Positions 1 through 9,219 of a stretch of DNA of 64,000 nucleotides are shown in pieces. Source of the stretch: Alphaproteobacteria bacterium (GTDB lineage Bacteria > Pseudomonadota > Alphaproteobacteria > Rhizobiales > CAJQND01). The notes under the pieces were generated by a model. The model ran no database searches and was not told the origin of the DNA. It saw only the letters and a program-made list of their open reading frames with translations. Every line of letters begins with the position of its first letter. Within the stretch, counting starts at the first letter, position 1. Where the stretch lies: contig JAAEUE010000333.1 in NCBI GenBank assembly GCA_024227565.1, forward strand, positions 10,893 through 74,892. Reading direction: 5' to 3'. The position numbers and the translations under genes are program-made.

Positions 1-345
1 GGCCGGTTGTTTGAAATAGCCCCCGAAGTGGAACCCCTGTTTGCTGGTTCGAACATGGCCGAACAGAAAAGCAAGTTACTGACGGCTCTCAATCTGGCGG
101 TTCAAAATGCTCACAATACGGGCGTGTTGGTTCCGCTGTTGGAAGATCTCGGGCGCCGGCATATGGAGTACGGCGTTAAGGACGAGCACTATGATGCCGT
201 TGGTGCTGCCCTAATCTGGACCTTGGAAAAGGGTTTGGGCGCAGAGTTCACCGAAGAAGCCTGCGCCTCTTGGACAGCCGTTTACGGTCTTGTTTCTGAG
301 ACCATGAAACGTGCCGCAAACGAGGCGGTGTCCAATGCCGCCTGA
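1..345 (+). CDS. Single-domain globin (flavohaemoglobin-type globin domain), 5'-truncated by the window edge
   Basis: Motifs LFEIAPEVEPLF, LGRRHMEYGV (proximal His), HYDAVGAALIWTL and WTAVYG. The frame is open to base 1, so the true start lies upstream. Confidence 0.85.
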   Translation, partial: GRLFEIAPEVEPLFAGSNMAEQKSKLLTALNLAVQNAHNTGVLVPLLEDLGRRHMEYGVKDEHYDAVGAALIWTLEKGLGAEFTEEACASWTAVYGLVSETMKRAANEAVSNAA

Positions 346-383
346 GCGCGTCCACATTGGACGCATCAATCCTGCAAGCCGAT

Positions 384-412
384 ATGCCGCAGGCATCAGC
401 CTGCGGCATTTG
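384..412 (+). terminator. Possible intrinsic terminator hairpin after the globin gene
   Basis: Perfect 10-bp stem ATGCCGCAGG/CCTGCGGCAT with a 6-nt loop and only a short T tail. A smaller hairpin GCGTCCA-CAT-TGGACGC lies at 348-364. Confidence 0.4.
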
Positions 413-538
413 CCGTAGAACAGGAGGTGAAGAGGGGCGCGCAACTTCCCGGGATCTGGGCAAGCCTTGAAATCCGGCCTGCATTGGCAGAGATTGGCCG
501 CCCATTGAGACAAGATAAAAAGAGCCAGCGGAGACCTT

Positions 539-1285
539 ATGCGAGCAGCGCTAATCACAGGAGCCGGCAAAAGAATCGGCGCCGAAATGGCCAAACACCT
601 CATCGGGGAAGGCTGGTCGGTTGGCATCCACTACAACACGTCAGAAGGCGAGGCCAAGCAGATCGCCGCGCTGGCGGCGGAAAAGGGCGTTGAAGCAAAA
701 ATCTATGGCTATGATCTGTCCGAGCCTGATGCACCTGAAGGCCTGATCGATGCATTTGTTGCCGATTTCCCGGGCGCCTATCTTCTGATCAACAGCGCTG
801 CGATCTTCGAGCGCGACAGCATCAAGAGCTTCTCCAAGGAGATGTTCTATGACCACATTCACATCAACACCCTGGTGCCGACGCTGTTGATCCAGAGGTT
901 TGCCGAAAAGCAGACCGACGATATCTGCGTCATCAACATGCTGGACCAGAAGGTGCAGAACGTGACGCCGGACTACTTCTCCTACACCGTGAGCAAGCTG
1001 GCCCTGCATAACATCACCCACATGACCGCCATGGCGCTCTGGCCTCATTGCCGGGTCAACGGCATCGCGCCCGGCCTGACCCTGCGCAGCGGCGATCAGA
1101 CCGAAGAGGAATTTGAACGGGCCCACCAACGCACGCCCTTAGGTGTGGGACCAACGGTTGAGGACATTTGCCAGACCGTGTCCCTGGTGGCGAATACCAC
1201 TTCCATGACCAACCAGATCATCGTTCTGGACGGCGGACGGCATATGCTGACCAAGTTCCCGTTCGAAGACCTGCCCGTCGAGTAG
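539..1285 (+). CDS. Short-chain dehydrogenase, pteridine reductase (FolM/PTR1)-like
   Basis: TGAGKRIG Rossmann motif with the PTR-type Arg, HYNTS, YTVSK (YxxxK) and VNGIAPG. Directly upstream of folB. Confidence 0.8.
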   Translation: MRAALITGAGKRIGAEMAKHLIGEGWSVGIHYNTSEGEAKQIAALAAEKGVEAKIYGYDLSEPDAPEGLIDAFVADFPGAYLLINSAAIFERDSIKSFSKEMFYDHIHINTLVPTLLIQRFAEKQTDDICVINMLDQKVQNVTPDYFSYTVSKLALHNITHMTAMALWPHCRVNGIAPGLTLRSGDQTEEEFERAHQRTPLGVGPTVEDICQTVSLVANTTSMTNQIIVLDGGRHMLTKFPFEDLPVE

Positions 1286-1289
1286 GCCC

Positions 1290-1670
1290 ATGCCGGCAAC
1301 ACCATCTCTAGGCGGCGACTATTGCGTGTTCGTGCGCAACCTGACGCTTCATCTGCCCATCGGCATTCTGGATCAGGAGCGCGGCCAAACCCAGCCGGTG
1401 ATCGTGAATGTCGAGATGTACGTGCAGGACCCCGGCACCTTCTCCAGCGAAAATATCGCTGACTATGTCTCGTATGCCGATGTGTACGACGCCCTCAAAA
1501 AGTTGGAGCGAGAGGAAAAGCACATTGAACTGGTGGAGAACCTGGCAGAAACCGTGGCGGCAATTGCCCTCAGCCAGAAGGGCGTTCGCCGGGCGGTTGT
1601 GACCATCGAAAAGCCCGAGATCATCGCCGCAGCCGAAAGCGTCGGCGTGACGATCGAGCGCTCCAACTAG
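1290..1670 (+). CDS. folB: Dihydroneopterin aldolase (FolB/FolX family)
   Basis: IGILDQER..QPVIVNV, SYADV, LVENLAE and VTIEKP match FolB conserved Glu/Tyr/Glu/Lys motifs. Confidence 0.8.
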   Translation: MPATPSLGGDYCVFVRNLTLHLPIGILDQERGQTQPVIVNVEMYVQDPGTFSSENIADYVSYADVYDALKKLEREEKHIELVENLAETVAAIALSQKGVRRAVVTIEKPEIIAAAESVGVTIERSN

Positions 1671-1685
1671 CGCGGCCGCAGCGTC

Positions 1686-2723
1686 ATGCGCATCCTCATA
1701 CTGGCCTCAGCCGTTGGCCGCTTTGGCGACGGTGCAACGGGCGGGGTGTCACGCTATGCAGAAGCGATGGTCGGGGCGCTAAGTGGGGCAGGGCACGCTT
1801 GCCAACTGCTTGTGCCTGAGGGGTCGGCCCTGCCGCCCGGGATCGAGGCCTGGCAGGTTCCGGGCACCTTTCAGGCCAGTGCCGCGATCGCAGAACGACA
1901 GGTCCAACCGGTTCCGGCAAACTCTGTCCTGGCGGCGATGCTCGACCGGGCCCACGCTGAGCGCGGCAGTTTCGATCGCATCATCAACCTGAACCACGAT
2001 TATCTGCCGGTGTTTGCCACTGGCCAATTTGACGGCAAACTCTGGCACATCCCCAATCTCACCAGCTCAGACGCCGCCACCGACCAGCTGATTGTGCAAC
2101 GTTTTTCCGAGTGCCCTGAGCGCTTCGCCGCCATCTCGAACTTTCAGGCTGCCAAACTGGGCCTTGCTGGCGCGCCGGTCTTGTGGTTTGGCATGACCGC
2201 GCAGCCAGCTGGCGCTTCGCCAACTGATGATGCACCCATATTCTGGTCGGGCCGGATCACACCGGAGAAAGGCCTGGAGGCCGCTGCCGCCGTCGCCAGC
2301 AAGGCTGGCCGCAAACTGGTCGTTGCCGGGCACATCGAGAACCAGGACTATTATGCCGAGGTCATGAAGGGGTATGGCGGCACCATCGATCATCGTGGGT
2401 TTCTGCGTATCGACGAGCTGCTGAAGCTGTGTTCAGAGGCCTGCGCCACCCTGCAAACCCAATCATGGGAGGAAGCTTTAGGGCTCACCACCATCGAAGC
2501 GCTGGCCGCCGGAACACCGGTCATCGCGTTTGACCGTGGCGCGAACTCGGAGATCATTCAGGACGGTGTGAATGGATTTCTCATCGCCCCTGGAGACATT
2601 GAGGAGGCTGCCAAGGCCATTGCCGCGCTGGATCAGGTGGATCGCCAGCGCATGGCCTCTGATTTTCAACAACGTTTTTCGCTTCAGGCCTTTCAATCCA
2701 GGTTACTTAAGTGGTTGAACTAG
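1686..2723 (+). CDS. GT4 glycosyltransferase, UDP-glucose:tetrahydrobiopterin glucosyltransferase-like
   Basis: GT-B motifs GRITPEKG and WEEALGLTTIEALAAGTPVIA. The N-terminus (VGRFGDGATGGV, VPGTFQASA, SVLAAMLDRAH, HDYLP) resembles, from recall, cyanobacterial pteridine glucosyltransferases. Confidence 0.75.
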   Translation: MRILILASAVGRFGDGATGGVSRYAEAMVGALSGAGHACQLLVPEGSALPPGIEAWQVPGTFQASAAIAERQVQPVPANSVLAAMLDRAHAERGSFDRIINLNHDYLPVFATGQFDGKLWHIPNLTSSDAATDQLIVQRFSECPERFAAISNFQAAKLGLAGAPVLWFGMTAQPAGASPTDDAPIFWSGRITPEKGLEAAAAVASKAGRKLVVAGHIENQDYYAEVMKGYGGTIDHRGFLRIDELLKLCSEACATLQTQSWEEALGLTTIEALAAGTPVIAFDRGANSEIIQDGVNGFLIAPGDIEEAAKAIAALDQVDRQRMASDFQQRFSLQAFQSRLLKWLN

Positions 2724-2763
2724 GCGCTCGCGCTGAACCCACAACACGTTAGGAACAAGCCAT

Positions 2764-3126
2764 ATGACCGCCAAGGCCCGCCGGGACCGTTCGATCAACT
2801 ATATCGAGTTCAACGTTGAAGACATTGCACGGTCAAAGCGCTTCTACGGGGAGGCGTTTGGCTGGACGTTCACTGACTTTGGGCCAGACTATTGCGAGTT
2901 CAACGATGGCGAGATGACAGGCGGTTTCGACCAGACCGAACCGGTGCGCAGCGGCGGTCCGCTTGTGGTGCTGTATGGTGATGATCTGGAAGAACTGCAG
3001 CGGGCCATTAAGGCCGCGGGCGGTGAGATTTTGAAGCCGATCTTTGACTTTCCAGGCGGCAAGCGCTTCCATTTTGCCGATCCGGACGGCTATGAGCTTG
3101 CGGTCTGGACAGCCGCCGAAGGCTGA
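2764..3126 (+). CDS. VOC/glyoxalase family protein
   Basis: INYIEF..DIARSKRFYGEAFGW and RFHFADPDGYELAVW. Confidence 0.85.
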   Translation: MTAKARRDRSINYIEFNVEDIARSKRFYGEAFGWTFTDFGPDYCEFNDGEMTGGFDQTEPVRSGGPLVVLYGDDLEELQRAIKAAGGEILKPIFDFPGGKRFHFADPDGYELAVWTAAEG

Positions 3127-3143
3127 GAGAGGAAACAGCCGAG

Positions 3144-3860
3144 ATGAACAACCGCAAGAAGACCTACCACGGCGTGACGCTGGGCATCTTGATGGTCGAC
3201 AGCACCTTCACCCGCTTTGTGGGCGACATCGGCAATGCGCAAACCTGGCCGTTCCCGGTGCAATACAAGATCGTGCGCGGCGCCTCGCCGGCTGAGATGA
3301 TCTCGCTGGAAGCCTCAGACGTGCTCCAGCCGTTCAAGGATGCGGCCGACGAGCTGATCGGCGACGGCGTTGATGGCATCACCACAACCTGCGGCTTTCT
3401 CGCGCTCTACCAGCAGGCGCTGGCAGAGCACTGCCCGGTTCCGGTGTGCACCAGTGCCTTGCTGCAGGTACCCCTGGTGGAACGGCTCATTCCGGGCAAC
3501 CAGCGGGTTGGGGTGTTGACCTATTCGGCCGAAGCCCTGAACGCCGTCCACCTGGAAGCTGCCGGCGTGGCGGCCGACACGCCGGTGGTTGGGATACCCC
3601 GGGACAGTGAGTTTTTCCGCTGGATCATCGAAGGCGACGACCAGGTTCCCATCGAGGCCATCCGCGATGACGCACTGGCCGCAGCACGGCGCCTGGTTGC
3701 CGAGAACCCCGAGGTGGGGGCCATCGTTTCAGAATGCACCAATCTCACGCCATTCGCCGCTGACATCCGCAAGGAAACCGGCTTGCCGGTGTTTGACATG
3801 GTGTCCATGGTGACCTGGTTCCAAATGGGCTTGAAACCAAGGACCTACGTCCAGGACTAG
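3144..3860 (+). CDS. Aspartate/glutamate/hydantoin racemase family protein
   Basis: GDIGNA.TWPFPV plus the two-cysteine motifs TTTCGF and SECTNL. Confidence 0.8.
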   Translation: MNNRKKTYHGVTLGILMVDSTFTRFVGDIGNAQTWPFPVQYKIVRGASPAEMISLEASDVLQPFKDAADELIGDGVDGITTTCGFLALYQQALAEHCPVPVCTSALLQVPLVERLIPGNQRVGVLTYSAEALNAVHLEAAGVAADTPVVGIPRDSEFFRWIIEGDDQVPIEAIRDDALAAARRLVAENPEVGAIVSECTNLTPFAADIRKETGLPVFDMVSMVTWFQMGLKPRTYVQD

Positions 3861-3976
3861 GCGCCGGGACTTCTGTAATGGTGCTGATCAACAATTCACT
3901 GATTGTGACAAATACCACAATGCAGATTGGTTGACTTGTGCTCCTATGATCCCCAGGGCATCGGGTGATCGGGAGG

Positions 3977-4393
3977 ATGGAAACGTTGATCACCTTTGCG
4001 TGCAAAGTTCGAGATCTGCCGGGTTGGCGCAATGTGACCGGTGCGGTCCCAGTTTGGGGAACTTTGCTTCACCATGAAGATGTACAGAACTTCTGCCAGG
4101 GGGTCGCGCGCGCCCTGGAACATGAGCTCGCCTACGGCATGAATGTGGAAATTAGCCCGGCTGACAAAGCGGGCAAGGCGGCGATGACCGTCACCGGCTG
4201 GTGGACCGAAAGCGACGCCCATCTTGGCATCAGCAGCATCGAAACGGTCAAGCTGGGATTTGTTCCTGCACCAGAAGCAGAACGTCTCCGCGCGTCCGGC
4301 GAAACCCAGTTGAAGGCTCAATTGCTGTCTGTGTGCTGCCCGTTTGGCGAAGATGAGGTTGATATCGTTTTTCAGATTTTCGTACCGATCTAA
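3977..4393 (+). CDS. Hypothetical protein
   Basis: GGAGG RBS before ATG 3977. The ORF fills the gap between the racemase and the convergent kinase. No motif recognised. Confidence 0.55.
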   Translation: METLITFACKVRDLPGWRNVTGAVPVWGTLLHHEDVQNFCQGVARALEHELAYGMNVEISPADKAGKAAMTVTGWWTESDAHLGISSIETVKLGFVPAPEAERLRASGETQLKAQLLSVCCPFGEDEVDIVFQIFVPI

Positions 4394-4414
4394 CAACGGC
4401 CGGGAGGCGCACTC

Positions 4415-7114
4415 CTACGTTCTCAGCACCCGCTTCACCAAATTCTGCAGATCAGTGCGCGTGAACGGCTTGTCGATCGTCGCCGCGCCGCTTTCCTGGA
4501 GAAACCTGCTCGCGGCCGGGCTCAGGGTGTCACCGGTGATGAAGCCAAACTTATTCTCAATGCCCGGCCAACGCCGGGACGCTTCGGCAAATAGGCCCGG
4601 ACCGTCCAGGACCGGCATCCTGATGTCACTCAAGATGAAGTCAAACGGCTCGGTCTCTATCGCATCCAGCGCGCTGGCCCCATTTTCAGCTACCTCGCAG
4701 GAATATCCCAACGCGGTGAGATGGTCAGCCACCGTCTCGCCAACATCAACCTCGTCGTCCACCACAAGCACGCGCATGCGCCCGTTACCCTCGCCGTTGC
4801 CGGCGGCCGCAGCTTTCGGTTTCGGCGGTTCGGATGCCGGTACCTCGCCCTCGTAGGCCGGCAGACGAAGTTCGAACGTTGCGCCTTGTCCCTTCGTGGC
4901 GGGGCCCAGGGTCAGGCTGCCGCCGTGGGCCGTTACGATGTTGTGGGCGATGGGAAGCCCGATGCCGGTGCCTGAGCCTTCAGATTTTGTGGTGAAGAAG
5001 GGCTCGAATATTCGGGTGCGAATGGCATCGGGAATGCCAGGCCCGTTGTCCGACACCACATAAACGGCTTCCTGCCCGCCCGGCGCGGGCCGCAGGGTCA
5101 GATGCATCTTTCGGGGTTGGGGCCGCTCCAGCAACGCTTGCTGGGCGTTGATCATCAGGTTGGCAAGCACCTGGCCGATCTGTCCTGGGTCTCCGTAGAG
5201 CGCGGGCAGACCATCGGCAAAATCCTGCGTCACCTCAATGCCGCTGGTTTTCAGGCCATACTCTGTGGTCTTCAGCGCTTCAAAGGCCGGCTCGGTGGCG
5301 TCAAACGGGCTGCGTTCAGGCGGCTGTTGGCGCACAGTCGCAAGGAAGGTGCGCACAATGCCGGCGCTTCTGTCGGCAGCCGATTTGATGCGGCCCACCC
5401 GTTTGAGGATAGCCTCATCGGACACCAGTTCTGCCAGAATATCGGCCTGGCCAATCACCACCGATAGAGGGTTGTTGAGTTCATGGGACACGTTGGCCAA
5501 CAGCGAGCCCAGCGCGCTCATCTTTTCAGCCTGGGCCATGGCTTCACGCTGGCGGTCCACTTCTGCCTCGGCAACTTCCTTGGCCGCCACCAGGGCAACT
5601 TCCTCATCCTTGCGCTGGGTAATGTCGTGCGAGATCGTCAGAATGCCCCTAACCGTGCCGCCCACATCCAAAAGAGGCACCTTGGTGGTGTACCAGGTGG
5701 ACGGATTGCCGTGCTGGTCAAGGCTGGTATCTTCGAAGTTCAGCATGGAGGCCCCGGTGTCCAGCACCTGGCGGTCGCGCTCCATGGTGAGCTCTGCATA
5801 GTCTTCCTCGGCCACGTCCGACACCAGCTTGCCTCTAAGCTCGCCGGCAGAGAGGCCGTAAAACGCCGCCTGGGCCGGGTTGCACAACAAGAACCGGCCC
5901 TTGGCATCCTTCACGTTGATGATGGCGGGCGTGGAATCGATCACCGTCTGCAAAGTCGCTTCACTCTCGCGCAACGCCAACTCGGCTGCCTTGCGTTTGG
6001 TGATGTCTGTTTGAATGGACACGGTTCCGCCGTTTGACGTCCGGCGATCTCGGATCTGCAGCCAACGACCCTCTCCCAGCTGGATCTGCAGCGAGCCGCC
6101 GTCAGCATCGCGCTGCTCCACCCGGCGCGCAATGTGGCTGTCTCCGGTGGCATCGGCGATGATGCCCTTTTCCAGATCGAACCCGATGAGATCCTCAAAC
6201 AGGGTGCCCGGCGCCGCCTCTTCCTCGCTGTAGCGGTAGAACTCCCGGAACCGCCGGTTGCAGAGCACGAGGCGGTTGTTTTTATCGTAAATCACGATGC
6301 CTTCCGACATGTTGTCGAGAGCGTCCATGAGCAGGGCATCTGCGGTATCCGCAGCGTCCTTGGCCCGCTGCAGCTCATCGCCGGCGCGCTTGCGGTCTGT
6401 GATGTCGGTGCCGATCAAGCCAATGGCCACAGATCCATCGGGCGGCAGGTGAATGGGAAACTTGATCTCCATGAAGATGCGGTTGCCGTCAACCGTGGAG
6501 ACAACCTGTTCGCGCTCCACCACTGCGCCGGCTTCCACAACCCGTTGGTCGTGCACATGCAAGGGGTCGGCAATCTCCTGGTCGAACAGGTCATACACCG
6601 TCCGGCCGATAATCTGGTCCGGCGTCAAGCCGTGCAGTTCCTGGAACATGCGGTTGGCGAAGATGTAGCGCCCGTCCAGATCTTTCAGGCAGATGAGGGC
6701 TGGTGAGTTTTGGGCCATTCCCTCAAAGCGTGCCCTGTTCTCCCGCAGGGATTTTTCGGTGGCCACCCGCTCGGAAATGTCTCGCCCGTAAATGTTGATC
6801 TGCTCACCGCCGCCAGCCAGATGCATCTCAAAATGATAGATCCGCTCGCCCACGGTCATGTTGGCTTCTGGCGGTCCATCGCCATCGGCAAAGGTCTTCA
6901 CTGCAACTTGCAAGGCCGCGCTCTTGATCTTTTTTCGATTTTTTGTGAGCAGGCCGCTCACCGCGCCGGCAGCCGGATTTGCATAGATCAGCTTGGCTGA
7001 CGGTTCTGCAATCATCACCGGATTTGGGTTTTCTTCAGGCAGCAGGGCAAGGCGCGCAAGGTGGGCTGCTTTCGCGCCGGCCTCTTCCCCGTCAATGTTG
7101 TTGTCCTCGCTCAT
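4415..7114 (-). CDS. Cytoplasmic hybrid sensor histidine kinase (multi-PAS-HisKA-HATPase-REC)
   Basis: Several PAS/PAC repeats (DITDRK, DITKRK, DITQRK), H-box SHELNNPL, DNGPGI, FFTTK, GTGIGL and a C-terminal receiver (VVDDE, DIRMP, KP). No transmembrane segment seen. Confidence 0.92.
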   Translation of the reverse strand: MSEDNNIDGEEAGAKAAHLARLALLPEENPNPVMIAEPSAKLIYANPAAGAVSGLLTKNRKKIKSAALQVAVKTFADGDGPPEANMTVGERIYHFEMHLAGGGEQINIYGRDISERVATEKSLRENRARFEGMAQNSPALICLKDLDGRYIFANRMFQELHGLTPDQIIGRTVYDLFDQEIADPLHVHDQRVVEAGAVVEREQVVSTVDGNRIFMEIKFPIHLPPDGSVAIGLIGTDITDRKRAGDELQRAKDAADTADALLMDALDNMSEGIVIYDKNNRLVLCNRRFREFYRYSEEEAAPGTLFEDLIGFDLEKGIIADATGDSHIARRVEQRDADGGSLQIQLGEGRWLQIRDRRTSNGGTVSIQTDITKRKAAELALRESEATLQTVIDSTPAIINVKDAKGRFLLCNPAQAAFYGLSAGELRGKLVSDVAEEDYAELTMERDRQVLDTGASMLNFEDTSLDQHGNPSTWYTTKVPLLDVGGTVRGILTISHDITQRKDEEVALVAAKEVAEAEVDRQREAMAQAEKMSALGSLLANVSHELNNPLSVVIGQADILAELVSDEAILKRVGRIKSAADRSAGIVRTFLATVRQQPPERSPFDATEPAFEALKTTEYGLKTSGIEVTQDFADGLPALYGDPGQIGQVLANLMINAQQALLERPQPRKMHLTLRPAPGGQEAVYVVSDNGPGIPDAIRTRIFEPFFTTKSEGSGTGIGLPIAHNIVTAHGGSLTLGPATKGQGATFELRLPAYEGEVPASEPPKPKAAAAGNGEGNGRMRVLVVDDEVDVGETVADHLTALGYSCEVAENGASALDAIETEPFDFILSDIRMPVLDGPGLFAEASRRWPGIENKFGFITGDTLSPAASRFLQESGAATIDKPFTRTDLQNLVKRVLRT

Positions 7115-7321
7115 GGGGCCATTTTAGCCCATGTGGTGGCATGTGCCAGCGTGGAATCGCGCGTCGCCGGAAGGCAATCGAAGCGGGAAAGTTTGGCACA
7201 AACCGGATGAATGGCCGATGAATTCGGGTCTCAGGGCGGGTTCAGGCCAATCTGCCTATACCGTATGCTCGTATGAAATTACGGGCCACCGGAGCTCTGG
7301 AAAATTCGAAGGAGAGATCGA

Positions 7322-7564
7322 ATGTTCAAGAATGCCGCCCTTGGAACTGCTGTTGCCGGTATCGTCGCGGCGTCTGCGCTGGCGGCAACTGCAACGGGCG
7401 CTCAGGCGGGGAAGAAATTCTATTTTTCTGTGCAGCCGCCTGGCCTTGAGCTTGGTAAGGGCGGAGGCGCCGACCACTGCCGCCACTGGAGGCGCAAATG
7501 GCGCCGCACTGGCCGCCAGTATTTCCTCCTCAAATATCGTAGCTGCTTGATGCACGATTCATAG
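7322..7564 (+). CDS. Small secreted cationic hypothetical protein
   Basis: AGGAGA RBS, Sec signal peptide ending AQA, and an Arg/Trp-rich C-terminus with two Cys. Followed by a terminator-like hairpin. Confidence 0.7.
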   Translation: MFKNAALGTAVAGIVAASALAATATGAQAGKKFYFSVQPPGLELGKGGGADHCRHWRRKWRRTGRQYFLLKYRSCLMHDS

Positions 7565-7565
7565 C

Positions 7566-7590
7566 ACCCGGCTCAGCCGGGTTTCTTGTT
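7566..7590 (+). terminator. Intrinsic terminator hairpin between convergent genes
   Basis: ACCCGGC-TCA-GCCGGGT followed by TTCTTGTT. Confidence 0.55.
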
Positions 7591-8043
7591 TCCCACCGAA
7601 CCATGGCAGCAGGGTTCTTCGCCATCCGCACCTACGCCAAGGTAACGTGGCAGGTTGTCGGCCACATCGAACCAGGCAATCCGTTCTCCATACCGGGTGT
7701 GGTCTTCGGGAACAAAACGATCCGGATTGTCGATCGTGCTGATGTGGAACTCAATAATCTTGCCTCCCGATACACGCGTTATCCCCTCCCAGGTTAAAGA
7801 GGTTCCGCAACTGTTGCAGAATGCGCGCGCTACGCCCGGCGAGGACGTGTAGATGCTGCGTTCCTGGCCGCTGAACACCACCTGATCTGCCGTGAAGCCC
7901 ACGTAGGTGACCACCGGTGCTCCCGTGTGATGCCGGCAACTTTCACAGTGGCAGTGTCCGACGCCCAAGGGCGTGCCGGTTGCTTCAAAGCGCACTGCGC
8001 CACACATGCAGCCGCCGGTCAAAGTGACGAGTTCTTCGCCCAC
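7573..8043 (-). CDS. GFA/CENP-V family Zn-binding protein
   Basis: GGCMCGAVRF, CHCESCR and FCNSCGT. Start is probably GTG 8043 after an AGGGAG RBS. Confidence 0.85.
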   Translation of the reverse strand: MGEELVTLTGGCMCGAVRFEATGTPLGVGHCHCESCRHHTGAPVVTYVGFTADQVVFSGQERSIYTSSPGVARAFCNSCGTSLTWEGITRVSGGKIIEFHISTIDNPDRFVPEDHTRYGERIAWFDVADNLPRYLGVGADGEEPCCHGSVGNKKPG

Positions 8044-8250
8044 GAACGATCTCCCTTGGTGTACTGAATTGGCCCATAATGTTCCGCTGATGTTGGCATG
8101 TACCGTGTCATTCTCCAACCTGTTGGCTGGCACGCGTTTTCTGCTCATCAATAACGACCGCTTTCCCGCCAGTTTGCGCCCGCGCCATAAGGTGCTATCA
8201 GTGCGCCTTGCACCCTAAGAACAGACACGAACAGACAGGATCAGGTGACA

Positions 8251-9207
8251 ATGAAACTCTTGAAATCATTTGTGTTTTTGGCCGCAGCCGCCGTCGCTGC
8301 CACGGCCCAGGCCAACGCGGAAACGCGGGTGACCTACAAGTCGGCAAAAACCACATCATCCTACTACCAAATGGCGGTTCAAATTGCTGAAGCTGTGAAG
8401 AAGGGCTCCAACGGCGACATCATCGTCACTGTGGAAGAGAGCCAGGGTTCGGTTCAGAACGTCAAGGAAGCCGCCCTGCGCACCGGCAATTACGTGTTCA
8501 CCACACCGCCCGTGCTGGTGAAGCTGGCACAAAAAGAAAAGGCCATGTTCAAAGGCAAGGGCAACCCGAAGTTCGGAGAGATCCGTGCGCTTTTCCCCAT
8601 CCCTTCGCTCACCATGCATTTCGTCATGCGGGCCGACAGTGGCGTGAAGTCGTTCGGTGACCTTGACGGCAAGAAACTGCTGATCGGCAAGGGCTCGTTC
8701 GGCGCCCGCGAAGGTGCCAAATACATCAAATTGTTCGGCCTGGAAGGCAAGGTGACCCTTGCTGACGTTGAGCTGAACGCGGCTGTGAGCGCGCTGAAGA
8801 ACAAGCAGATCGACGGTTTCGTCACTGCCGGGTCCTGGCCCGCACCGAACGTCATCGAGGCAGCCGCCAGCACCGGCGTCAACGTGCTCTCGCTGAACGA
8901 TGAGCAAGTGGCCAAGACCAAGCGCACCAAGTTGGTGATCCCAGGCGGCACCTATGCTGGTGTGGCCTCCGACACTGTGACCACGTCCCTGCCGGTGGTG
9001 GCCCACACCACAACCGCGATGGATGACGACACAGCCTACAACCTCACCAAGACCTATTGGGCTCAGAAGAAGGAAATGGGCTCCTCGAACGCTTGGTGGA
9101 ATGGCGTGTCAGGCGATCTGCTGGTCAACGTCTATGGTAAGATCCATCCCGGTGCGTTGAAGTATTACGATGAGGCAGGCATCAAGGTGCCAGACAGCGC
9201 CCGCTAG
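8251..9207 (+). CDS. TAXI-family TRAP transporter solute-binding subunit
   Basis: Signal peptide, SSYY, ESQGSVQNV and C-terminal IHPGALKYYDE. Confidence 0.9.
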   Translation: MKLLKSFVFLAAAAVAATAQANAETRVTYKSAKTTSSYYQMAVQIAEAVKKGSNGDIIVTVEESQGSVQNVKEAALRTGNYVFTTPPVLVKLAQKEKAMFKGKGNPKFGEIRALFPIPSLTMHFVMRADSGVKSFGDLDGKKLLIGKGSFGAREGAKYIKLFGLEGKVTLADVELNAAVSALKNKQIDGFVTAGSWPAPNVIEAAASTGVNVLSLNDEQVAKTKRTKLVIPGGTYAGVASDTVTTSLPVVAHTTTAMDDDTAYNLTKTYWAQKKEMGSSNAWWNGVSGDLLVNVYGKIHPGALKYYDEAGIKVPDSAR

Positions 9208-9219
9208 CGCTCACACCTC

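Noticed and set aside
8126-8145. Sigma54-like TGGCAC elements (also near 7195, 31305 and 36481)
   Set aside because: The GG-N10-GC spacing or the -12 GC is not satisfied in any of them.
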